A DNA stretch of 64,000 nucleotides, taken from contig OZ024743.1 in NCBI GenBank assembly GCA_964016885.1, positions 44,950,001 to 45,014,000 on the forward strand, in the 5' to 3' direction. Under the pieces are notes generated by a model. That model was given only the letters and a program-made list of their open reading frames with translations. It searched no databases and was not told the origin of the DNA. Below, one piece after another: positions 12,565 to 29,277 of this stretch (positions are counted from its first letter, which is position 1; the number at the start of each line of letters is the position of its first letter). Origin of the DNA: Eledone cirrhosa (lineage: Eukaryota). The position numbers and the translations under genes were made by a program.

Positions 12565-12930
12565 TTCACTGTCTCTTTCTCTCAAATTCTCTCTCCCCAC
12601 CTCTCCCTCTCCCTCTATCTCTATCTCTCCCTCTCTCTCTCTCTCTTCCTCTATCTCTCCCTCTCTCTCTATATCTATATATCTCTATTCCTCTCCCTTT
12701 CTCTCTCTCCCTCTCCCTCTCTCTATATCTCCCCCTCTCTCTCTCTCTTTCTCCTCCCATTTTCACTCTTTCTCTCACTCTCTCACTATTTCTCCTTATC
12801 TCTCTCTCTACCTCTCTCTCTATCTCACTCTCTATCCCTCTCTCCATATCTCTCTCTTTCCCTCTATCTCACTCTCTTTCTCCCCCCCCCCTCTCTCTCT
12901 ACCTCTCTCTACCTCACTCTCTACCTCTCC
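12565..12930. repeat. Degenerate (CT)n microsatellite
   Basis: Direct reading. Confidence 0.95.
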
Positions 12931-13354
12931 CGTCTTTTATTACTACCATACTTTAAGTTCTATCATTAGTTTAATACTTTAACGTACCGCCCTAGGAAAT
13001 TTTAAGTTACATAGCATCAATTATTCAAAATATATATCCAAATACGAGCAAAACCAAAATCCATTAGTAGCAGATTTATGTATGTATTTGAAGACTGAAT
13101 ATTATTTAATATTTCTAAAAGCAATTTTAAAATGTGACATTAATTTTCATGAAGAGAGTTTGAAAAATAAGTTTTGTAATTTAAAAAAATATGTTAAAGA
13201 TGCAGATGAATCTATGTGGTTCAGGAGTTCACTTCACAATGTCATGGGTTCATGTTTAGACCTCCCACGTGTCACATTTATCAACTATAGCTTCGGTTTT
13301 TATTAATGCTTTGTCAGTGAAATTTTTTAGAAATACATTGTGTGTAAACTCGTC

Positions 13355-13395
<41 letters not shown>

Positions 13396-13397
<2 letters not shown>

Positions 13398-13449
13398 AAC
13401 GAGTAGGACCTCGACGGCCGAGCTCAAGCGGTTTCGACGGCTAATTCTA
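13396..13449 (-). mobile_element. About 54-bp 3' stub of an HHR-bearing element inside (TA)n; homolog at 55150-55205
   Basis: Reverse complement AGAATTAGCCGTCGAAACCGCTTGAGCTCGGCCGTCGAGG matches 55151-55190. Confidence 0.7.
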
Positions 13450-13462
13450 ATATATATATATA

Positions 13463-13800
13463 TAAAACAAAATAAGATGCTGAGGTTACATATATCGTTT
13501 AATTATTATAATTATTTCCACGGTTCTCCATGCAATCGATATGTCCTTCATACATTTGCTGTTGTTATGAGAACGGGATCCTCAGATGATACCCGATATG
13601 TTTGATATGCCGCTGGCAGGAAAAACACACGCCCTATTGCTTGTGTGCCAGCGGCATATCAAACATATCGGGTATCATCTGAGGATACCGTTCTCATAAC
13701 AACAGCAAATGCATGAAGGACATATCGATTGCATGGAGAACCGTGGAAATAATTATAATAATTAAACGATATATGTAACCTCAGCATCTTATTTTGTTAT
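13463..13800. repeat. Foldback (about 155-bp arms, about 27-bp spacer) with an HHR in each arm
   Basis: 13463-13618 is the reverse complement of 13646-13800 with few mismatches. Confidence 0.92.
13674..13762 (+). ncRNA. Type I hammerhead motif (mirror copy 13502-13590 on -)
   Basis: ATCAT-CTGAGGA-T-ACCGTTCTC...GAGAACCGT-G-GAAA-TAATTA-TA-ATAAT; one mismatch each in stems I and II. Confidence 0.7.
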
Positions 13801-13926
13801 TTTTCTAAAATTCTCCATCGTAACTAAAAACTATGATTGTTGAGAGCTTTCTCCTGCTTACTCATGTTTTTACCAAAACAATCTCTTCTGAATACACACA
13901 CACACACACGCACATATATATATATA

Positions 13927-17120
<3,194 letters not shown>

Positions 17121-17169
17121 CCTAACTGTACCAAGGATTACACACATTTCCAATATATATATATATAAA

Positions 17170-18581
17170 TTTTGAGTATATGTTGGTTGTTTACCGACAT
17201 CTCAGTATGCAGATTAGAGCACTCGACGAAGTATGCAGGCTGGTTTATTTACTCCGGAGTAATGTAAAATAAGTAAGTTAAACATGTAAAATTTGCCTTC
17301 GTTTGTTATAAATTATAATTTTCTGCTATATATATTTCGGTGACAGCTATTATTAGCTGTGACATCTTCAGTCAGTCCGAATTTGTGTGGAAAAGACAGG
17401 TACACATGTTGTTGAAGTGTGTTCCACTCTGTCAATACATCCATATGTCCAGCTTCTGAGTGTATTGTTAGTCCTCCGAGGAACTGGAATCATATGGGCT
17501 AGAACAAACGCATTTCGGCGTCAGAGGACACGCTCGTATCCCATTGGTCAGTTGTCAGACCACACCCCATGTCGAAAGTCTATAGAAATTGTTCTGAGGC
17601 AAGTCAGCCTGTTATACTTTTTATCAGAATGTTTAAGTACAGCTGACCTCCTTTACTGTGTTGTTAGTGTTAAGCGGTCAGCTAGCAGGTCAACCTTAGT
17701 ATGCTGCTGCTATGGTCTGAAGAATATATGTGTGTAGACTGGCATCTATCCTGTCACCATTTCACGTGGTGGGGGATGCCAAACAAATAAAGAATGCGTG
17801 TGTTACAACCAATATCAGAAATTTGAGAAAAATACATACTGAAATAAAAAAAACCTGTGTGTCAGAGTCCAGAAGTGTAAAGAATTACAATTCTTATTTT
17901 GGCATAGAGTACGTACCTGTGATTGTCTGTCAACGCACACCGTTGCGCATGCATACGTGTAAACAAAGGCTCGGTGCATTCACCTATTTACGTCCACACA
18001 GTCCAACAAAAGATGGGTGCGTTTTAAAAACAAATGAGGTAAAAGTGGAGTGAAAAATAGAATACCAAAAAACCTGTGTATTCAAAATCCAGAAGTATAA
18101 AGGACTACAATTCTTATTTCAGCATAAAGTACGTATGTGCATATGTTCGTCAACGCACAACGTTGCAAGCACACACGCACAAACACGGGCTCAAGTGCAT
18201 TACCATATTACGTCTACACAGTCACACACACGCATACATGCACGCTTACACACAATTCCATATACGCCCACATGTGGATACACACACAAGGGCACAGGGT
18301 CAAAAGTCTCCACTGGAGGTGGGGAGAAGGGTAAGTGGTAGTACTAGGCGCGTCCTATTTACTTGTGGTATATATCACTGACTCATGCGTGCGACGGGGG
18401 TCGGGTTCGAGGCAGCATATCCTCCAGGTATTCGGTTCACAACGCCCATCCCCGGCTTTTCCACACCAATTCGGACTGCCTGAAGAGGTCACGGCCAATA
18501 GCTGTCACCGAATATATATAGGAGAAAATTATAATTTATAATAAACGAAGCCAAATTTTACATGTTTGACTTACTTATTTT
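17170..18581 (-). mobile_element. Older PLE-type element with diverged inverted termini carrying HHR motifs; internal tandem duplication of about 220 bp
   Basis: 17265-17396 is inverted at 18455-18581; 17848-18000 repeats at 18068-18225. Confidence 0.7.
17323..17375 (-). ncRNA. Type I hammerhead motif (degenerate mirror copy about 18476-18524 on +)
   Basis: CTGA-CTGAAGA-T-GTCACAGCTA(ATAA)TAGCTGTCAC-C-GAAA-TATATA-TA-GCAG. Confidence 0.72.
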
Positions 18582-19368
18582 ATATCATTCACCCCCTCTG
18601 CTAGTCACCCTCTCTCGGCTAGCCTCGTCCTCACATTTTCACTCACTCACTCTGTGCTACTCACCCCCTCTCACTTCCTCCCGTCTGACCCGTGTGAAAT
18701 TCGCTTGGCTTAGATGTGTATGTCGTCTTCTCGTCAATGATTCGCTAGATCTTATGTTGACATGTATCACTGACTTGTTTTCTCATTTTTCCACTCTTTA
18801 CGTTGCCTCACCATTCTTGTTTGTTTACATGTCTCTTTTTCTCCACCCAATTCTTTTTATCCCAATAATTTATTTTAGTTATTGTTCGCGCTGGCCTGAG
18901 GTATCTGATCTTTAATGTGAAGAAATACCTATGATGGCCAGAAGATCACTGATGGTGGATAGTCCTGACTTCTAGCTCTATTTTTTAATTCATATGTATC
19001 ACATTCGCCCCAACGGAGCACGCCATTTCTCATTCCTATATATATATAAATATATATATAAGTATGAATACGTACATATATGTATACAGACGTACAGTAG
19101 TATGTATATATATATATATATATATATATACATACATACATACACACATATATATGTATGTACGTATGGATTTACCGAACATTTATTATAATGCTTGGTG
19201 TGTTTGTAAACAAACATCCTGAATTAAGCCGTACAGTGTTTAGCAACCATCGTTGCTCTTTTGTTCAACACTGCCAAAGGAACGATGTACTAGTTTCAAG
19301 CTTATTAGCTATATACGAGGAATCTGGAACTTGACTATTTTCCTATATATATATATATGTGTGTGTGA

Positions 19369-19400
<32 letters not shown>

Positions 19401-19442
19401 GTGTATGTGTCTACATATATACATATGTGTACATATATGTAC

Positions 19443-19539
<97 letters not shown>

Positions 19540-19757
19540 GGGATACTATTTATGGTTATGTATATATTAAAACTTTTTATAGTCATGTATATTTTAAACC
19601 CTAAACAGTGAAGGTCAGTAATTTATTACTACCTTATTACCAGTAAGATAAATAGCTCAATGTAATAACATCAGTTGTTCTACAGAGCAGTTATATAGAA
19701 TTCACAAGAATCAAAGCTAGGTTCAAGGAGGTCAATTATGTGTACAAACATTGAAAA

Positions 19758-19806
19758 ATGTTCCGAAGACTCCAAGCCTAGGTTTGGATGAAACAATTGT
19801 AAGTGA
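19758..19806 (+). ncRNA. Degenerate hammerhead motif within a small inverted-repeat insert in (TA)n
   Basis: CCGAAGA-C-TCCAAGC(CTAG)GTTTGGA-T-GAAA-CAATTG-TA; stem I poor; flanking inverted repeat 19695-19724 / 19815-19844. Confidence 0.55.
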
Positions 19807-19880
19807 ATAAATGCTTTGAACATAGCTTTGATTCTTGTGAATTCTCTCTATATATATATAGTATATATATATATGTATAA

Positions 19881-19950
<70 letters not shown>

Positions 19951-19951
<1 letters not shown>

Positions 19952-20958
19952 GTGGTAGAAGTTAATATCCGTAGTGGTAGAGCACTCAGTCCATGGGACG
20001 AGTTAGGTAGAAGTGGTTACACAACAATTAGTTCACCATGCCGAGAACAATTGTTTCACCTTAGCGGATCCTCAGCTCGTAATGGACATAGTTATAGGGA
20101 ACAGGAAGGACAACCGTACGATTGCGCATGCGCGGTAACCGTCACTTTACACAAGTAATACTAAAAAGCGTGCGAGAGGTGTAAGGGAGATAACTCCGAA
20201 AGTCCGAAAAGTTTCTAGTTAATAAGAAAATTACGATGTTGTGATTCAATCCGGAGCTTTGTATTTATGTAAGAGGTGGTTCGAGACGTGTGGACAACGT
20301 GTGAAGAATTCCTTTCTCGTGTTTAGGCAAACACTATTGCATAATCTATTTAGAATATTTATTCATTCATCAATACATAGTCCACACGACAGATTTCCCC
20401 TTGCGTAAGGCTTGGACCTAGTGATGGCTTTCCATTGAATGGAGTAGTCTATACTTGAGTCCTTGAGGGACCATACGTGGCTCGCGAGTTTCGTGGATGA
20501 ATGACTGTCCGGGTACCTAAAGGTCGACTGGTGGTTCAGGAAGCGTTCCTTAAATCAGCCCTCCGCCATACCCACATAGGATTTGAGCTCCTGTGGTTGA
20601 TTTGGTCGCTTGGAAGTGACCACAGCTTCATAAATTACAGCGGGTATGTTGCATTGCTGTTGAAATGGACAAGCTTCACTCTTACGGCAAGAGCACCCTG
20701 GTGTAGTGTTGCTCTTATGGTGTTGGTGATGTAGGCCTTCATGTTCTTAACGCAGGAGTACCCTAGTTTTACTCTGTGTCAGTTAAAGATGGAGCGTTAT
20801 TTATGACCTATGGGAAAGTGTCTATCTAAGAGGGCTAGAAATCTTTTACCTACATTGGTTTTAACGTTGAGCGAGAAGGGAGGAGAGAGCCAGATAGCTT
20901 GTCTATTGTTATGCTCTCTTTTCTTATTGCTGTTGTTAATAGAGGGTGAGTAAGTGAT
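19951..20958 (-). mobile_element. Naiad-type PLE 3' fragment (thumb, Cys linker, GIY-YIG, 3' UTR with HHR)
   Basis: IWLSPPFSLNVKTNVGKRFL; CSCRKSEACPFQQQC; VIYEA...YVGMAEG*FKERFLNHQSTF; STKLASHVWSLK; CGLCIDE; flanked by (TA)n. Confidence 0.85.
20042..20079 (-). ncRNA. Minimal type I hammerhead ribozyme
   Basis: CGAG-CTGAGGA-T-CC(GCTAA)GG-T-GAAA-CAATTG-TT-CTCG. Confidence 0.85.
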
Positions 20959-20959
20959 A

Positions 20960-21084
<125 letters not shown>

Positions 21085-21124
21085 TGTGTGTTTGTGTATA
21101 TATATATTTATGTATATATATGTG

Positions 21125-21160
<36 letters not shown>

Positions 21161-23512
21161 TACATATGTATATATATATATAAGTCGAAGGGATATTTAA
21201 TTTGTTGGAAATACAACAAATATAAATGTGTATAACTGATTCAGAGCACTCAACAGTTCTGGGAGTAAATATTCAATGATATTAAATAAATGGAAACTAT
21301 ATTCATAAAACCATATTTATTCTATTATATTCAAGGGTACCAAAAAAGACTTTGGTACGCTTTCATCAGATAAAATAAAAAGAGTGTTTTATAAATTTTG
21401 ACATAGCGAAGGAAATCAAACCTTATAAGTTGAATTGAATAGTGAGGTTAAAGGATGGATATTTCAAACTTATGGATGAATATGCAAATGAATATGCAAA
21501 TAAGGTTGAGTTATATTATTGAAAAAACCGTTATTTCAAACGCTATGGAAGGTTTAGATATATAATAATAAGATAGAAAGAAAGAAGAAAGAAAGAAAAA
21601 AGAAGAAGGAAAAATAAGAAGAACGAAAAGGAAAGGGAATAGGAAAAGGAAAACCACTTATAATGTTAATTTGGGGGAAATGTATTCAAACATTTGTCTA
21701 TATTATATATATATATTTATATGGAGAATTATGTTTGTAAGTATTTATGTTATTATAATAATATATAACTATCTATATATATTTTAATAATAGCATATGT
21801 AATTTTATTAAAAGGATAATTTGTTTATAATATGAGTTACGAGGAATGTTGATTTTGTGTTTATAAATAAATAAATAAATAGGTAGTTCAAGTTATAGGT
21901 GGTTATTCGTAATATGAGTTACTAGGGATGTTGATTTTGCATTTTATGTAAATAAATAGGTAGTTAAAATTGATAATGTTTTAAATTAAATTAACGGAGT
22001 TATGTATAAAAAGTTTTTATGATTGAAAAAAAGGTAAGATAACTCCGATTTTTTTTGTTAATCGTTAGTGTGACATTAATTATTTACTCTAAAGAAATAT
22101 GAATGTTTAAACATCGTCTTGAATAGGATACATTTTGCTAAAAACAGTTAATGGTTATTAATCTACATTTAAAAATTAGCTTTAGATGTTGTCATTGGAA
22201 AAATAAAGAATTAAGAAAATAAAAAAATTAAAAAATTAAAAAATTAAAAAATTAAAAAATTAAAAAATTAAAATTAAAATTAGAATTATATAGATGTACA
22301 TAAATATATATAAATATCTATACACATATACACATACATATATATTATAAGAATTGTCTCTGAAAGGTGAAAGTACTACAAATATTAGAGATATTATGAT
22401 TTAGAGATTTTAATATATTAAAAGTATTAAAATATAAATTGTTAAAGCAGATAGGATCATTTTGGAGATAAATAGGAATATTATAAGTATATTATAAGTT
22501 ACATATAGTTCTGAATGTAGAATTTTGGCGATGTCTGCAAGAATTAAATATTTCTGTTCTGAGATTAATAGACTTTTTACAATTAATTATATAAAAAATT
22601 TCTTCAGTGCACAATTTACAGAATCTTGATAAAGCCGTGTTTCGGTACGCAGGTGCTTCTGAAATCGTTTTCCAAGATATTGAATAGTCTATATTCTTGC
22701 TTTTTAAGTTCCATATAAGATATGAAAGGGAAGTAGAAGATTTTTTATCAGATCTTCTAAAACAGTGATTGTGGTTATTCCAGCGATCTTTAAATTTTGT
22801 AGAAGTGGCACCGACATAATTAAATATATTATCACTGGTTTTAACTGTGCACTTATAAACTATGTTTTTATCTAAACACTTATTTTGTAAAGGGCAGTTT
22901 GATTTGATTCTACAGTTACATTTTACGGAGTTGTTGTTGCTCGGAACGGTACTATTAGGTTGGATATTGCTAGAAATATTATTATTGTTATTATGATTAT
23001 TTTGGATAGGGTTTAAATTTAAGTTTCTATTATTAATTCTATTTATATTTTGTTCTATGTTCATAGTAGTAGAGTAGGATAGTTTTATAGTATGTCTGTT
23101 AAAGATTGAGTGGTATCTGTGCTTTAAAAAATAGCTTTGCTAAAGGTGTTTTAACGCTTAATGAGAATGGGGATGAGTACCAAATAATATTTCTAGTTCT
23201 AGTTCTTTTCTTTGTTTTAGAGTTTAAGTTAAATTGCTTATTCTTATTATAATTAATAGTAGGATGATTTGCCATGTTATTGTTGTCAATGTATTTAATT
23301 TTATTCGAATAGCCTGTACTATTTAAAGCTTCATTATAATATTCAGCCTTATCATCAAAAATATTTTTATTAGCAGAGATGCGTAGAATTCGTTGCTGGA
23401 CACTATTGACAATAGTATTCTTAATAGATCTAGGATGATTAGAGTTAAAACTTACGTAATTTTGATTCTCATTAATTTTATGGAATGGATAGTAGAGCCC
23501 TGTGCTAAGGTT

Positions 23513-24058
23513 TTAAAGGAAAGGAATGTTTCTCTTTGTTGAATATAAGTCACCAGATTTGGTGAAAGATGTGTTGTCACCAATTTGGTTTAAAATGTAA
23601 ATTCCAATTCAGCGGAGAAGTATATTTCAGAAGTTGTAATGAGGAACCAGGTTTGGTAGAAAGATATGATAGGAATATAGACGACGACTTTTAGCTTGTT
23701 TTTACATTATTTATTAACAAAGGTTGAGCTGACATGCCAAGAGAAATAAAATAATTCAATTAAGATTACAAGAGAAAATACGGTCAACTGACTGAAGGCG
23801 TTTAGCCAGCTCCGTAGGAATGTTTTGTCGTTACATATTGTTTGCGCTGGCGGAGCAAAAGAACAAGCAGTGTTTACTTAGCATGGTCAAGCCTTGAAGT
23901 CCTCTAGCCTGGAAGTGGTGGCGTCCTCAATTCTTTGCGGGCTATTTCTCCCTCAGAACGCGTAGGGATACATCCTCTTCTACTGGCGCTGATTGGCTGA
24001 GCTGAGCAAAATCACACACAGAGAATGTATGTGAGCCCGCGGAATGTAGGTCACTACA
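23513..24058. mobile_element. Insertion of about 545 bp splitting the PLE RT; includes a possible LTR-like segment 23635-24058
   Basis: RT reads FLDVTLN / LSTGLYYPFHK across the insert; TGTAATGA...TCACTACA terminal inverted octamers. Confidence 0.5.
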
Positions 24059-25732
24059 GTTTAATGTTACGTCTAAAAAGTTAACGATTTTATAGTTATT
24101 CTCTATTTCTAACATAAGGTTATAATTATTGAAGAATTGTATTATGGATTTTCTTTTCATATTAATGTCACAGTTACTATGGTTTTCAATTAAAAGTAGC
24201 ATATCATCACGATATAAACGACCGGTCATCTCTGGTACTTTTCTATGAAGTGTATTATTAATAAATAAACCCACAAGATCTGTTATTTACGCCGAGTCAG
24301 ATGATCCCATAGTGATATCAAAATTAATTTTTCTATCGGCTCTTGTCCAGAGATGATTGTTGAATTCAATTAAAGTTTTCCGTGCAGTTAGAATTATATG
24401 CATTTCATCACTAGATAAATCTGTATGTTTAGATGCATAGATAAAAGCCCTATTAAGTAAACTAGGAGTAATAGAAGAGTAGTAATTTTCAATATCCATT
24501 TGAATGAATTTTTTTGTTATGTTTAAATTTTATGTTGTTAAACCTATCTATAACTTCATTAGTACCGTTCCATAGTTTCAGGTGTGATTTTTCTTTAAGT
24601 TGCGGTATGATTGTATCTATTATATGTTTACTAATTATGCCTAAGTCTGATTTAGATGGTGCTATAAGTCTGACTGGTAGTTCTATTTCAAAGTTTCATT
24701 TGTGGTCTTTCAGGTTAATTATCGGTCTTCTAGGTATAAAGGGTGCAGTCCTATTTTGGATGCCTAATTTATGAATTATTTCAGAAGCTTATCTATTTAA
24801 CGTTGAACGATCATCATTAGTTGTTATTTTGTAGTTTTTTCTAAGTTCTTTCAATATAACGTTATTATATTCGTCCTTTTGCATTCCGTATAGATTATTA
24901 GTTTTATCAGATTTTACGAGTATCTTCTCAGTTTTTTCAAGATTGTCTATATTATTCTTGAGGCCTTTAAGGTATTCCTGGCCAACAAATTGGTTTTTCT
25001 TAAATTTGATGTTTTGTATGAGAGATATTACTTAATTTTCAAATTCAGTTAATAGTTTGTTGTTAGGTAGATTCTTCTTAGATTTGAAGATAAGATCAAA
25101 GTTGTGACTGGATTTATTTATTTTTCATCTTATTTTTTTGTTCATATGATTTTCTATCGAAATGGAAGGCACACCATCTACGTCTTCGTATAAAGGAGTC
25201 AGATTTCTCAATGAGTTGTTTTAGATATTCCTTATTCTTAGGTAAGGGTACATCTTTTAGAGAGGAAGAAATCCTTTTCATACATAACTCCGTTAATTTA
25301 ATTTAAAACATTATCAATTTATTTACATAAAATGTAAAATCAACATCCCTAGTAACTCATATTACGAATAACCACCTATAACTTGAACTACATATTTATT
25401 TATTTATTTATAAACACAAAATCAACATTCCTCGTAACTCATATTATAAACAATTATCCTTTTAATAAAAATACATATGCTATTATTAAAATATATATAG
25501 ATATTTATATATTATTATAATAAAATAAATACTTACAAACATAATTCTCCATATAAATGTATATATAATATAGACAAATGTTTGAATATATTTCCCCAGA
25601 ATTAACGTTATAAGTGGTCTTCCTTTTCCATTTCCTTTTCCTTCTTCTTCTTTTTTCTTTCTTCTTTCTTTCTATCTTATTATTATATATCTAAACCTTC
25701 CATAGCGTTTGAAATAACAGTTTTTCAATAAT

Positions 25733-25916
25733 TGTTTCTACTTTAGGCACAAGGCCAGCAATTACCCAGTGCATTACTGGTACTTTATTTTATCGACCCC
25801 GTAAGGATGAAAGGCAAAGTCAACCTCTGCGGGATTTGAACTCAGATCGTAAAGGGACGTAATTATGCTGGAAAGCATGGCGTCCGACTCTCTACCGATA
25901 CTGCCAATCCACCACC
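25733..25916 (-). mobile_element. tRNA-derived SINE inserted in the PLE terminal repeat with a 17-bp TSD
   Basis: AAC(A/G)GTTTTTCAATAAT at 25716-25732 and 25917-25933; A and B boxes. Confidence 0.9.
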
Positions 25917-26075
25917 AACGGTTTTTCAATAATATAACTCAACCTTATTTACATATTCATTTCCATATTCATCCATAAGTTTGAAATATCCGTCCTTTAA
26001 CCTCACTACCCAAGACAATTCAACTGATAAGGTATGATTTCCTTGGCTATGTCAAAATTTATAAAACACTCTTTG

Positions 26076-26140
26076 TATTTTATCTGATGAAAGCGTACCA
26101 AAGTTTTTTTGGGTACCCTTGAAATATATATAATAGAATA
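26076..26140 (+). ncRNA. Type I hammerhead ribozyme in PLE terminal repeat (damaged mirror copy about 21318-21377 on -)
   Basis: TATTTTAT-CTGATGA-AAG.GTACC...GGTAC.CTT-GAAA-TATATA-TA-ATAGAATA. Confidence 0.78.
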
Positions 26141-26227
26141 AATATGTTTTTATAAATATAGTTTCCATTTATTTAATATCATTGAATTATGTATATATAT
26201 ATATATATATGTATATGTGTATATATA

Positions 26228-26285
<58 letters not shown>

Positions 26286-27724
26286 TGTTTGTTCATATAT
26301 ATATATATATGTGGTGTGTGTGTTTGTGTTGTTATTTTTTGTTCGTATCTGCTACTCATTTGTTTATTTACCGTAACACTATTACATGATGTCCATGACA
26401 TTTGAATGAAAATCCCGTTATTTCTGGCTATATGCCATATCAGACGTCATTTTCCTAACTCTTAAACCAGGTGCTAATAACAAACAGTAGTGAAATAATT
26501 AATCACTTAGGAATATTCCTTTTCAAACCCCATTTTTACCTTTTAACTTTTGTCCACTTGTCAGCGAAATTGGCAAAAATCTCATATTCACATTAATAAA
26601 TTGCTGTTTTTGATCATTTAGGCTAAATCTGTTTTAGCTTCTAGTAATTCAACAAAGGAGATTGTCATGTTCCATGTATTCATTAATTTTGTTTTGTGAT
26701 TTCAATGGAATTTTGCAAGGTTTTCACTGAGTCATTAGCTGCACCTGTTCGTTCTAAGATATGTGTCATGTTTTTTTACGGGCTGAGTTGTGAAGAAGGA
26801 TTTGAAAAGCATAGGCTTGGCCTGGAAATAGGTTCATGACAGAACTTATGGCAGTGATTCTACTCCATAGGGAACATAAAGAACTAAATAATGCAATACT
26901 GTCTAATTTACTATGATGCCGGCTTTGTGTTGTTTTAATGTTGGACTGTTAGACATGGGCTTGGTCACGGAGCACGCTCGTGACAAACTTATAACTATCG
27001 TTGGTGGATATCTCTCCTTGCACGTTATTCATAGGAATATGGCGGGGACTAACTAATTGATATTTTATTCGTGTTCCTTCAATTTGATGTTGTGAGGAAT
27101 GTGTTGTCTGAGAGTTGCCTGTAGATTCTTGAGGTGAGCAGCTTGACAAGATGAACATGAAGATTGCTGTATACTAAGGTGCTGCAGCAAACATGAAACA
27201 TGACGGAATAAATGCAGTACCGCATGTATATTTGTAGATATAGCATGGCCGCATTGTTATGAATTTCGTGTAAAATCCTAGGATTTTATATCCCTGTGTG
27301 GTATCTTGGACAAGTGAAACTGAATTGTCGAAATTGCTTGGAAACCCATTGGATGGAATACACCTATAATTGAAAGGGCTAATCTTGTCACAATTACTGT
27401 GTCACAATGAATCACCCAAAAATCATGTTATACCCACGTCTGTAGAATTTCCACTCACTTGCATGTTAATTTTACGAGTAGGCTGTTCCGTCGATCGAAA
27501 CACTTATCGCTGAAACTGACAGAGATTGGTGCCACGTACATTCACGATGTCAGATTAGATCACGCCTCGCTCGTATTTCTTTTCCAAACTCCCTGTTACC
27601 ATACAATATATACCAGTAAAATACCACATTCAATCTGATCTACTATACTCTCCTTTTAAACGTGAAACCGTATTAATGAGAAAGTTAAATATATTACTAT
27701 ACTCCTGCATATTTTTCATTATTT

Positions 27725-27909
27725 TGGCAGTATCGGTAGACGGTCGAACTCCATGCTTTGACACATAGAGTTACGGCCCTTGTCATTCTGAGTTCAAATC
27801 CCGCCGAGGTTAACTTTGCCTTCTTTCATCCTTACGGGGTCGATAAAATAAAGTACCAGTAATGCACTGGGTAATTGCTGGCCTTGTGCCAAAAGTAGAA
27901 ACAATTATT
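27725..27909 (+). mobile_element. tRNA-derived SINE (family A)
   Basis: TGGCAGTATCGG A box, GAGTTCAAATCC B box, GCCTT..CATCCTTACGGGGTCGATAAAAT central domain (MetaSINE-like by recall). Confidence 0.9.
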
Positions 27910-28909
27910 TTCAAAATTATTTGAAAATCATCGGCAGTATATTTCATTAGAAATATAGTATCAGAAGGGTTAACTAAATAATAGGGTTTATAGATTGGGA
28001 ATTTAACAAACAAGCTTCCCTGTTTCTTGCCGCTACGAATTTTCTTAACGCTATCTTCTTTTTTCCAGTGATATGTTGCCCATCTGATGATATCCCATCT
28101 CAACGTGTAAGTGACTGAGTATTCCACAGATACATTTACCTTTGCCATAAATGTGTTCGGGTGACACTAGGAGAGAAAGGTATATTTTTTTAATTACTGG
28201 TACAGTCCATCCCACAGGCATCCACAGTTTCCATATATACCCAATTGCACTCACAAATCTTGGATTAATTCTAGGCTATAATAAAAATAATTTACTCAAC
28301 ATGCTACGTATTGTTGAAGCCATGTCTGTGTCTTAGACAGAGTGAAAATGAACGTATTTGTTCTGGAATAAATAGCCGAATTTACGTGGAATACCAAATT
28401 AGGTATTCATGTCTTCATTTAAATAGTATTTCGAACCATTGATATATTAAACGATTTAATTTATGTTGTCGATAAAAGTATTTTATTCTAGTCAATAGAA
28501 TTGGTTATCGCTTTTTAATTTATTATTTAAACGAAGTTAACATTTGAAATAGATAACTGTGAATTGGTTAGAGAAATATACTTATGCATAAGTGGTTGTA
28601 ATTCTTTTATATAATTATCAAAATAAAGCCAACGACATGGAGTATTCATATCAGAAATATTTCTAAATATTTCATAGTCTTCGCTCTTTATATATTATGT
28701 GTTTGTTACCAATTATCGCCTCTGTGTGTTTAATTGGTAAAGTATCTGCTAATAATGATTGCATACGATTTAAGAGGAACTGCCACAGCTGTTAGCAGAT
28801 GCTTTCAACAACACACACATTATTATGCTTTCAATATTCTTTTATTATTTCACTGGTGTCAGATAATGAAATAGTTAACTTAATGTTTAATAAAAATTAT
28901 TTCTATTTT

Positions 28910-29277
28910 ATTGGTTTCAGATATTATACTGGGGTCATACTGGGGCACCACCCTAAAGGGAATATGGTCGATCATATGAACCGCAGTACTTATTTCTTCA
29001 AGTGTGATACTTATTTTATGGAACTCTTTTGTCGAGCCACTACAATACTAGATATAAAAACGGAAACGCATAGACACATATTAACACACACGCACACATA
29101 TACATAAATATACATACATACACACTGCTGCTGCAGTTTCCCTCTATCAAATGTCACTTAAAAGACATTGCTGAACCTGAGAGTTTTGTAGAGTACATTT
29201 ATTTCCTCAAAGTGCCACGAGTAAGAGTAAGTTCGAAACCATGTGACTATGAGGGGAACCACTTAACCACACGACTG
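28910..29277 (-). mobile_element. Old degenerate SINE resembling the abundant octopod tRNA-SINE family
   Basis: Recalled motif order CATACTGGGGCACC, GAACTCTTTTG, (CA)n, CAGTTTCC.TCTA.CAAAT, AAGTGCCACG, AACCATGTG, CTTAACCACAC. Confidence 0.55.

Larger units (their letters stand above)
21270..26186 (-). mobile_element. AT-rich Naiad-type PLE with about 700-bp inverted termini, disrupted ORF
   Basis: RT FDITMGSSDSA, LYRDDML, VNFLDVTLN, SNHP; EN CNCRIKSNCPLQNKC..NIVYKC..YVGAT..FKDRWNNH..CKLCTEE; about 21270-21990 inverted at about 25300-26186. Confidence 0.88.

Noticed and set aside
18891-18941. Possible HHR (CTGGC-CTGAGGT...GAAA...GCCAG)
   Set aside because: Stem I pairs, but the core, stem II and cleavage site are too degenerate to support.
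27725-27810. tRNA genes at A/B-box sequences
   Set aside because: They are heads of dispersed SINE copies with a shared body, tail and TSDs.
28084-28090. CTGATGA words here and at 53492
   Set aside because: No stem II, GAAA and stem I arrangement can be formed.
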